64,000 nucleotides of DNA. It comes from Eledone cirrhosa. Lineage: Eukaryota. The notes beneath the pieces are model-generated. The model did not search any database. It was given only the letters and a program-made list of their open reading frames with translations, and was not told where the DNA came from. Below are positions 53,632 through 64,000 of the stretch, one piece after another (position 1 is the stretch's first letter; every line of letters starts with the position of its first letter). The DNA is taken from the NCBI GenBank assembly GCA_964016885.1, contig OZ024752.1, positions 29,698,001 to 29,762,000 of the forward strand, read 5' to 3'. Both the position numbers and the translations under genes were made by a program.

Positions 53632-54454
53632 AATAATAATGATATGATAAGGAAAATTATTGTGTACAATGCTCAGGTGCACTACAACTATCAAAGATGC
53701 ATGTATAATACATAGAATAATGTACAAAAGTCAGGAAAGTGAACAGTGTATGAGAGATTATTATCTATAATTTATTACTATTGTCTCTCATATTCATATT
53801 TTCTACATTAAACAGCCATTTTTTCTTATAAAAGCTAAAAAATGATTTCAGTAGTCCAGTCAACTCCCTCCTCTTTAGCTCAATCATCTGACTCACTGAT
53901 TTTCACACTAGTGAGGAGAGGATAGCTGGTCTGCTATCCTCTCTTCACTAGTGGTCCCTATGTTATTTTGGCTGAAGTGAGTTGATTACATAGGTGAACT
54001 GTATCAACTCTGTTGTTATGTTACATGTTAGAAAAATGGGCAACCATGTGTGGAAATCCATGAGTCAGATCATTGAGCTAAAGAGAAGGAAGATGGCAGC
54101 CAGAGGAAGCTATTTCTTTCTCTTAGCCCAAATCCAGTATGAAACAGTAACTGGTGACAACATGAGGAATTATTAGCAAACAATTTTTTTCAGTGTCTGG
54201 TGTATGAGATTCAGGGAGCTGGGCCACTGACAACAATGTTTTGTCATTTTTGGTGGCTTATTTTAGCAATGAATCCATTGATGGCTAAACGGGGGCTTCG
54301 TTTTTCCACTGCCTTAGCTTTGCTATCAACTGAGTGTTTTGGCTTGTTTCAAAAATTATTAAAGGGAAACTCCAGTAACCCCTTATTGTAGAGAGTGATT
54401 GAATGTGCAGATCTTCTCCCCACATTTTTCTTCTTATTTTCCCTCTTTAAGGGC

Positions 54455-54670
54455 AGTGGATTAGCACAATTGGAAGAGGGTTGGACAACATGCTTTGCAG
54501 CATATAGTTACATCCCTTTATGTTCTGAGTTCAAATCTCGCTCCGCAGAGGTTAGCTTTGCCTTTCATCCTTACGGGTCGATAAAATAAAGCACCAGTAA
54601 TACACTGGGTTCAATTTAATCAACATTCCTATCCCACCAAATTGTTGGCCTCATGTCTAATTCAGAAATT
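54455..54670 (+). mobile_element. SINE family A variant
   Basis: GAGTTCAAATC...GCCTTTCATCCTTACGGGTCGATAAAATAAAG. Confidence 0.8.
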
Positions 54671-55224
54671 AGTATCTTTCCCTCTTTATTTGTAATGATA
54701 TTTGCTTCTTCAGCTAAATTTAATGCAAGACATGTTTTAGTTAAATGAGACACATCAGTTTGTCATGTTTCTTTTGGGCCAGTTGTCATATTTCTTCAGT
54801 CTCAATAACATTTTCCATCTACACTACATGTGTGACCATAAATAACTTTATATCAAGAACACACACACACACACAGACATACATGCACACACATATACAT
54901 ACATTACTACACCTACAAACACACACAAACATGTCTATACCTACAAACACAGACACACGCACACATACACACACATTGCTATACCTACAAACACAGACAC
55001 ACACATACACAGACAGACACACAGTGCTATACCTACAAACACATACACACACACACAGACAGACACATATTGCTATACCTACAAACACAGACACACACAC
55101 ACATACACACACAGACAGACACACATTGATGTACCTTCAAACACACACACACATTACTACACCTATAAACACACTACTACTACTACACACACACACCACC
55201 ACTCATACACACACCACTACTCCT

Positions 55225-55260
<36 letters not shown>

Positions 55261-56490
55261 TACTAGTTCTACTGCATGTTTAACTCAGACTTATTTTTAT
55301 GGCTGTAGTAATAATTGAAAATTATTATTTTCTATGTATAAATTATTGTGGCATTCAAGAATGTAATTATGGTCTTTTACAAGTGAACACACATTCTTTA
55401 ACTGCATTGACTTATAGTACACTTAGCTTAGCCTAGAACAGTTCAACCTTTCCGCTGCTATGTAGAAAATTAAACAAAAACTTATAATATATAATTTATT
55501 TTTGTCTCACACATTCATATTTTCTACAAGTTATTTCAAATCAATCATTTCATTTTCTTTGTACCTCCTCTTTGGACTTGTCCTGTTTCTGACACCAACT
55601 ATTATAAATTTCTGGCATTTACTCACATCTTCCATCGTGTTATTAAATCACAGTCTTCTGCTTACACTTAAATATTGAAAACGAATTTGAGGTTGAATTG
55701 AAACCATATAATTTGTGGAATTAATTGGTAGGTTTAGTGTTCAAAATAATTTTGGCAGCTGGAAATATCTGTTAATGCTTAGAGATGTTTTCACTGTATA
55801 ACTTTAAAAGAAGAAAAAGAGTCATACACGACACTAAATAAAGCAGAAATAAAGCATAATCGAGAATGGTCTCACAGAAAAAGAATAACTGATTACACAT
55901 ATATAATATTATAAGAAAAAGAAAAAGAAAAAGAAAAAGAAAAAGAAAAAGAAAAAGAAAAAGAAAAAAGAAAAAAGAAAAAGAAAAAGAAGAGATGAAA
56001 AATATTCTATAAAAGATATATTAAGTCCATATTTCTGTGAACACATTCAAAATGTTCTGTACAGAAAAAAAAAACTGCATTAATGAAACAATATTGAGAA
56101 ATAGATATGTGAGCTCCAAGTCAAACTCATTAGCACTGGTGCCACAATGAAATACACCCAGTCCACCCTGTAAAGTGGTAGTGCTTGTATCATAGTGAAC
56201 AAAAACGATATATGTCCCCACTACATTCTGTAAAAACCATGCCAAAAATGGAATAAATGAGTGAAGTAAGGTTATTCAACTTGTCCAACTCGTGCCAACA
56301 TGGAAAGCAGATATAGAATGATGATGATGATGATGGTGACCATATATATATATATATACATATATGTGTATATATATATATCTCTGTGTGTGTGTGTGTA
56401 GATATATGCATACATACATGTATATATATACATATTTGTGTATATATATATATGTGTGTGTGTGTGTATATATGCATGCATACATGAATA

Positions 56491-56539
<49 letters not shown>

Positions 56540-56730
56540 ATATATATGCATATATACATGTGTATATATATATACATATATGTGTATATATATATGTGTG
56601 TGTGTATATATATCCATACATTCTTCCTCAGAAGAATAACAACACAACCAGGAGCTGGACATATCGATGTTTTGACGGAGTAAAACACACTTCAACAACA
56701 TGTGTACCTGTATTTTCCACACCAATTCCG

Positions 56731-56768
56731 ACTGCCTGAAAAGGTCACAGCGAAATATATATAGCAGT
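56731..56768 (+). other. Decayed hammerhead of the 10812 family (stem II deleted)
   Basis: ACTGC CTGAAAA GGTCACAGC GAAA TATATA TA GCAGT. Confidence 0.65.
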
Positions 56769-56836
56769 ATATCTATAATTTATAATAAACGAAGCCAAAT
56801 TTTACATATTTGACTTAATTATTTTGTATATATATA

Positions 56837-56899
<63 letters not shown>

Positions 56900-57022
56900 A
56901 TATATATATATATAATATAAGATATTATAGATGATACTCCAGAAAAATTTTCTGCCGAGTGCTTCTAATCTATTGTAAAATTGAATTCGTTGAATAATCA
57001 ACGAACCATATAAACTTTTGGT

Positions 57023-57085
<63 letters not shown>

Positions 57086-57112
57086 GTTGCGGACGATATT
57101 TGTTTGCAAGAT

Positions 57113-57182
<70 letters not shown>

Positions 57183-57209
57183 GTTGCGGACGATATTTGT
57201 TTGCAAGAT

Positions 57210-57276
<67 letters not shown>

Positions 57277-57293
57277 TATATATATGTTTATAT

Positions 57294-57352
<59 letters not shown>

Positions 57353-57500
57353 TATATATATATGTTTATATACACATATATATATATATAGTAATCTTGC
57401 AAACAAATATCGTCTGCACCCTGTATATATATGTATATATAACCAAAAGTTTATATGCTTCGTTGATTATTCAACAAATTCAATTTTACAATAGATTAGA

Positions 57501-57966
57501 AGGTGCGGACGATATTTGTTCGCAAGATTACTGTCTCGGAAAAAATAACACAGTAGTTTTATTTTTTAAGATATATTTATCAAACTTGGGTCAGTTTGTC
57601 TTCATGACTTGTTCTTTCGATCTCACTTGATAAACCCGCCATTGGCTTTGATGACGGCCTCAAGGCGGCCTCGGAACCGGCTACAAGCCTGCGTCACTGT
57701 CCCCCGACTTAGGCCCCTAAAGGCACTTGTGATCCTGGCCTTCAGATCGTCTTTCGTATTGCAACTAGATCTGTTGGTGTCTCGTTCCACTGCGCCTCAC
57801 ACAAAGAAGTCGAGGGGGTTGCAGTCAGGCGAGCTGGGAGGCCAGATGTCAGGTGAAGTGTGGTCGACGAAGTTCTCTGACAGCCAGGCTTTGGTCTTTC
57901 GGCTGGTATGGCAGGGTGCTGAGTCTTGCTGCCACACGTGTGGCCTACCTGCAGCTACCTGGTTCA
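57501..57966 (-). pseudogene. Tc1/mariner-superfamily DD37D (maT) transposase C-terminal fragment with right TIR
   Basis: Minus strand 57965-57623 reads QVAAGRPHVWQQDSAPCHTSRKTKAWLSENFVDHTSPDIWPPSSPDCNPLDFFV*GAVERDTN...[18 protein letters not shown]; 37 residues between the catalytic Ds; TIR-like GGTGCGGACGATATTTGTT.GCAAGATTAC also at 57085, 57182 and inverted at 57390-57425. Confidence 0.88.
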
Positions 57967-58191
57967 TAGTTCATTTGTCTCTTTTCCTTTCTTTTCAAAA
58001 TTTGAATTTATGGCCATTTTGCAATGGGGGACAAGTAAGCATAAAATGTAAAATTTAAATAGAGATTGTTCTGGAAAAATATATGGAATATTTTTGTAGC
58101 TTCCACAGCTTTTGTCAGGAACATTTCCCGGAGTCCAATGAGCATAAAAATATATATGGGTAAATAAATATATATGGGTAAATAAAAGATG

Positions 58192-59200
58192 TAGTGGGAT
58201 CACAGGTAAACTATCTAAGAACGTAGACTTTATATGTGGCTGATGCTCAGGTGCAATAAGTAGCAAGTGCCCACAGGATACTAGCTCCTTCTATTGCCCA
58301 GATGGTTCTATAGAAATAGTGACACTTTCCGTTACCTGGGTGACGAAATCAGCAGTGTTGGAAGGTGTTCTGAAAGTACAGTAGCCAGAGTCAGAACGGG
58401 ATGGAAAAAGTTCAGAGAGCTTATACCGCTGTTTCCCACAAAAAATTTCTCTCTAAAAATGAAAAGCAGATCGTATGATGCCTGTATATGAACAGCAATG
58501 CTACATGGCAGTGAGACATGGGCATTGCGTGCAGAGGACCTGCGCAGACTGGAAAGGAACGAAGCATGCATGCTCCGTTGGATGTGTAATAGTAATATAT
58601 GTGAATAGCAAAGCATAAATGAACTAAGTGAGAAATTCGGAATAAGAGGGATCAGATGCTGTTTACTTGAGAGAAGACTATGTTGGTATGGTCACGTGAT
58701 GCGCATGAAAGACGACAGCTGTATAAAAAAGTGCAGGGCGATCAAAATTGATGGTAGTTACGGAGTAGGTCGACCCAGAAAAACCTGGGACGATCTGATA
58801 AATTCTAACCTTATACACTTACACCTCTCTAAGACAATGTCACTGGACTGAGATCTTTGGCGCCACACAGTAATACAGAAGACCTGCCTTGTCTATGTAC
58901 AAAGTGAAACCTACAGTCAGTAGGCACCTCTTAACCAAATATACACTCCAATCCACTACCCCTAACCTATCCTCCCACACCCACCAACACCACCCTCTCT
59001 CTGTAAAGTTGGTACCACAACATCCAGTACAAATAAATGAGATAATGAGATCGAGATTGTGTAGGTGTCATGACAAAAAAACACAGTCCACGCTATAATG
59101 TGGCCGTGTAGGTAACACGGCCACCAGCCTTGTCTCAAGTGGGACAACTCCCGTCTAGCCCATGCTAGCGTGGAAGATGGACGTTAAACGAAGATGATGA
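58192..59200 (+). mobile_element. RTE LINE 3' fragment with stops
   Basis: FRYLGDEISS...LHGSETW...WYGHVMRM...GRPRKTW, 3'UTR, GAT tail. Confidence 0.9.
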
Positions 59201-59262
59201 ATCATTTCCCGTCCCACCCTTGCAAGCAGGAAATAGCGGACGTAAAATGATGATGTGATGAT

Positions 59263-60297
59263 ATCATCATCATCACCGTTTTACGTCGGTTCTTCCATGC
59301 TAGCATGGGTTAGACAGGTTGTCCTGTTGTGGTCAGTGTCCAGTCAGCTGACCATGTCTTGCTCATATGGGAACTGATTCTGGCTTGATTTCTACAGCTG
59401 GATGCCCTTCCTAACACCAACCTCATTTACAGTGAGTGCTGGGTGTTTTTTTTCCGTGGCGCCTACACATCCACTTTATAGTGTGGTCTGGGTGCTTTTT
59501 TGCCGTGGCACCTCCACGACCACTTTGCAGTGAGAGGGGGTGGGGCATATTGTCTATATGCTTCAGCTTCGGCTTGTACCCGTGGGAAGTCGGGTCTTCT
59601 GTATTCCTGTGTGACGCCAGAGGTGCAATTGTGTAAGGTCAGCTTTTATTACCTCATCCCAGGTCTTCTTGGGTCTCCCCACTCCATGGCTTCCATCAAC
59701 TTCTAGTGCTCTGCACGTTTTTATGCAGATGTAATCCTTCATATGAATCACATGTCCATACCAACGCAACCTCCTCCCCTGCACGCAGCATTTGATTCCT
59801 CTCATGCTCAGTTTCTCTCTCAATTCGTTTATGCTTTGCCGTTTGCGCATATTACTATTACTCATCGATCGGAGCATGCAGGCTTCGTTTCTTTCTAATC
59901 TACGCAAGTCTTCCACAGACAGCGCCCAGGTCTCACTACCATGTAACAGCTGTTCGTATACACGCATCATACAGTCTGCCTTTCATTTTGAGGGAAATGC
60001 CTTTTGCAGCTAGCACGGGCAGTAGCTCCCTGAACTTCTTCCATCCCATTCTTACCCTAGTTATTGTACTTTCCGAACACCCACCTCCGCTGCTAATTCG
60101 GTCACCTATGTAGCAGAAGCTGCCTACTGTTTCTACAGAGCCCTCCCAGAGTTTGGTGGTGTTTGTTTCCTGTGGCTGTTTGCTGTCCTAGCACAGCTGC
60201 TACATGTGACGCCTTCATTCTTAGTTAAGCTTCCTGAGTTCTCACTACGTCTCTTGTGTACCCATTGTTTGCATTTGGGGCAGGGGATGGAGTTCTT
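59263..60297 (-). mobile_element. RTE LINE 3' fragment (second subfamily) whose 3'UTR matches the SINE B tail
   Basis: [11 protein letters not shown]..., [24 protein letters not shown]; 3'UTR includes GGGAACTGATTCTGGCTTGATTTCTACAGCTGGATGCCCTTCC as in SINE B. Confidence 0.9.
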
Positions 60298-60889
60298 ATA
60301 TATATATAGGAACATATATATATATATGTGTGTGTGTATATATATATATACATATATACACACACATATATATAAATATATATATATATATATAAATATA
60401 TATATATATATTTATATATATTTATATATATTCAGGGAGCTCATAGATAGGACAACACACTATTTTTCGTGGGGGTAAGTTTTTACTAATTTTCCTATTC
60501 TAAAAGACCAAAATACAACAAAATATTTGCTCATTGGACTCCGGGAAATGTTCTGACAAAAGCTGTGGAAGCTACAGAAATATTCCATATATTTTTCCAG
60601 AGCAATCTCTATTTAAATTTTACATTTTATGCTTACAAAATGGCCATAAATTCAAATTTTGAAAAGAGAGGAAAGGGACAAGTGAACTATGAACTTGTTA
60701 TATCTCACTGCCTCGCGACACCACAATAACGTCTACACTCGCTCCCCACCACTACATAAGTCATTACCCTATCTACACTAAGACCTGTTAACGAACTGCT
60801 AACTCCTTTGTTGAATGTGTGTGTATATATATATATATGTATGTGTGTGTGTATATATGTATATATATATCTCAGTGGATGTGACCAGA

Positions 60890-61920
60890 TTTCAACACAG
60901 CAACAACTACAACAACAACAGCAACTACAACAACAGCGACAGCAATCAACAACAAGAGCAGCAACACCATTGTCTGTGTTGAATGTGTATGTATGTATAA
61001 ATATATGTGTTTGTATATATATGTATGTGTATATATCACACACGCAAAGCGAACAAATTTCAAAATTTCAAAATTTCAACCCAGCAACTACAACAGCAGC
61101 AACAACAACAGCAACAACACCATTGTCTGCAGCATCAGTAAAATGAACAACAACGGCAGCAACAACAACAACAACAACAACAACTGCCACCACCATCATT
61201 GACACCATTCACCACCACCACCATCACCATCACTGATACCATCCACCATCTTCACCACCACCATCACTGGTACCATCCACCACCACCACCATCACCACCA
61301 TCATTGACACCACCACCACCACCACCATCACTGGTACCGTCCACCACCACCACCATCACCACCATCATTGACACCACCACTACCACCACCATCACTGACA
61401 CCATCCACCACCTTCACCACCACCACTACCACCACCACCACTACCACCATCACCATCACCATCACTGACATCATCCACCACCTTCACCACCACCACTACC
61501 ACCATCACCATCACTGACACCATCCACCACCTTCACCACCACCACTACCACTACCACCACCATCAATGGCACCACCCACCAGCACCACCACCGTCACTGT
61601 CACCATCCACCACCACCACCACCATCACCATCACTGACACCATCCACCACCTTCACCACCACCACTACCACCATCACCATCACTGACACCATCCACCACC
61701 TTCACCACCACCACTACCACCACCACCACCACCATCAATGGCACCACCCACCAGAACCACCACCGTCACTGTCACCATCCACCACCACCACCATCACTGA
61801 CATCATCCACCACCTTCACATCCACCACTATCACCACCACTACCATCACCACTACCACCACCATCACTGGCACCATCCACCACCATCACCATCACTGACA
61901 CCATCCACCACCATCACCAG
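60890..61920. repeat. (CAA/CAG)n and cryptic (CAC)n low-complexity array
   Basis: Directly visible; recurrent CATCACTGACACCATCCACCACC. Confidence 0.9.
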
Positions 61921-62234
61921 CGATCAGGCCTTAAAAACAACTATAATAATAATACTAAATAACTATTCTGTTCTTGGCATGGGGCAGCGATTGTCCCAGC
62001 GCATTGCTGGGAAAGTCAACAGTTGACATGATTTTGATTTTGTATCAGTACTGACGGTAATATATATATGTATATATGTATGTGTGTGTGAGTAGTGTGT
62101 GTGTTTGTATGCATGAGTGTTGGTGTGTGAGTGGCGTGTGTGTTTGTAGTTTGTATGCATGAGTGTTGGTGTGTGAGTGTGTGTGTGTGTACCGTGAGTG
62201 TCAATATGTGGAATTTTTTTTCTTTTTATGACCA

Positions 62235-64000
62235 TGCTGTAAAATGGAGGGGTAGAGAGGGCCCTTGAGTCTAGTAAGACATCCTCTCTAGTGCTGGTGG
62301 TACAAATAAAAGCACCCAGTCCATGCTGTAAAATGGCGCTGGTGTTAGGAAGGGCATCCAACCAGTGTATCAATGCCAAAACGATTATTAGCACAGCAAC
62401 AAGTACATAGGAACAACAAAATATGAAGATGTCTCATTTCAGAGTTGCAACACTTAATGTTGGCACTCTCAGAGGTAGATCTGCTGAAATAGCGGAGATG
62501 CTGGAGAGAAGGCATGTGGATGTGTGCTGCGTGCAAGAGGTGAGATGGAGAGGTGCCTCTGTGAGACTAGTCGTAGGCAAACATCTTAGCTATAAGCTTT
62601 TCTGGGTAGGTAAGGATGATGGGTTAGGGGGAGTAGGCATTTTCCTGGCTGAGAGATAGATCAATAAGACAATAAAGGTAGTTCGAGTTAGTAATCGAAT
62701 AATTAAGATTAGATTAGTTGTAGGCAGGAGACTACTGACAATCATCTCTGCCTATTCTCCCCAAGCAGGCCTAGGCAAAGAAGAGAAAGACTGCTTTTAC
62801 GAGCAACTTTTACAAACAACCGCATTGACAGAGGACGGAGACATCGTTATGCTAGCAGGGGACTTCAATGGTCATGTTGGACAGCTCCAGGATGGTTACA
62901 CTGGGGTACATGGTGGGCACGGTTACAGCTCAAGAAATGAAGAAGGAGTGAGACTTCTTGAATTTTGTGATGCAAGTACACTGACTATTTGCAACACTAA
63001 CTTCCAGAAACCTGCCAACCACCTAATAACCTACACATCTGGCGAGCACATAAGCCAGATTGACTTCTTACTAGTTAGGCAGCGGGACAGGATGATAGTG
63101 TCTAATACCAAGGCATACCCTGGGGAAGAATGTACTCCACAGCATAGGTTAGTCGTTAGTGATATCTCAGTAAGCAAGAGATGGAATGAGACATACAGGA
63201 AGGTGTGGAGAAGAAAGGTCTGGAAGCTAAAAGATCTTTCACTAAAATACAAATTTAGGAAAGCCCTTCAAGATGTGTATGACGAAAAAGAAGACGATTT
63301 AGAGACGTGTGACATAGATAATAACTGGAATTTCTTACGTGACAACTTACTGCAGGCTACTGATGAAACTTGTGGCTGGGGCAAAGCTCCAACCAGACAG
63401 AGAGTGACCTGGTGGTGGAACAGCACAGTAGATAAGGCCATTAGAGACAAAAGACTAGCATGGAAGGCTTGGAAAGGATGGGAGTAGAGAAGGATATACA
63501 GCCGCTAAGAGAGAAGCTAGACGTCAGGTGTACTTAGCACGCAGGGAGGCTGAGAGTAGGAGGTTTGCCAATGTTCTGTGGTGGGAAGATCAGAGGTGTG
63601 CGGTGTTCCACATTGCAAGGCAGTGTGTCAATGCAAATCAGAATGTTGTTGGAGATAAATGTGTCCGGAATGATGCCGGTGTACTTAGTGTCACGAATGA
63701 TCAGAAAAAGGAGGCCTGGAAATGTCATTATGAGAGACTGATGAATGTGGAGAATGAATGGGAAAGAGAGAAATTACCCTCAGTAGATCCGACAGAAGGA
63801 CCAGCTATTGAGATTGACGAATATAGGGTCCAAGAGGCGATTAAGGAAATGAAAAATGGTAAGGCTGCTGGACCATCGGGGATAGTTGCTGAGATGCTGA
63901 AGGCATCAGGGGACGTAGGCACTAAACTGGTTGCACGCATCATCAATCAGGCTATTTATGGTGGTGTCATACCCAAAGACTGGTGCAGCAGTATTCTCAT
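62235..64000 (+). mobile_element. RTE LINE 5' half: AP-endonuclease domain and linker toward RT, pseudogenised; runs off the window
   Basis: From 62423: FRVATLNVGTL, DVCCVQEVRW, GGVGI, ISAYSPQ, LAGDFNGHVG, NTNF, SQIDFLL, QHRLV, KAAGPSGI; premature TAG at 62657-62659 and frameshift near 63480. Confidence 0.93.

Larger units (their letters stand above)
57962..60694. repeat. ~180-bp inverted repeats (57962-58144 / 60527-60694) enclosing the two RTE copies
   Basis: GTTCATAGTTCATTTGTC...CCCGGAGTCCAATGAGCA vs TGCTCATTGGACTCCGGG...GACAAGTGAACTATGAAC. Confidence 0.85.

Noticed and set aside
57797-57799. In-frame TGA in the transposase as possible recoding
   Set aside because: Falls at a conserved Trp (VWG); simple TGG>TGA decay
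57609-58058. 149-aa plus-strand ORF
   Set aside because: Antisense shadow of the maT transposase remnant
61199-61468. His/Pro/Thr-rich ORF
   Set aside because: Translation of a cryptic (CAC)n repeat with stops in neighbouring units

Overview
AT-rich, repeat-saturated eukaryotic (animal) DNA, not prokaryotic. The tRNA-derived SINE families, RTE LINEs with (GAT)n tails and very high (TA)n/(CA)n content suggest an octopod cephalopod (inference). Nearly all long ORFs in the track are microsatellite or satellite artefacts. Real coding remnants are RTE LINE fragments, a CR1/L2-like RT 3' end, three Penelope-like (PLE) RT/GIY-YIG remnants (one Naiad-like with a CxCx5C motif) and a DD37D (maT) transposase fragment. 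Two phase-compatible minus-strand exons may belong to an unidentified host gene. Non-coding content includes many SINE copies, mariner- and piggyBac-type MITEs and several satellites. The most notable signals are (1) several minimal hammerhead-ribozyme motifs, often inside fold-back/inverted-repeat elements sitting in (TA)n tracts, and (2) a ~1.5 kb 38-bp satellite in which most unit junctions carry a G3-N-G3-N-G3-N-G3 G-quadruplex motif. All structures were read by eye and many boundaries are approximate.
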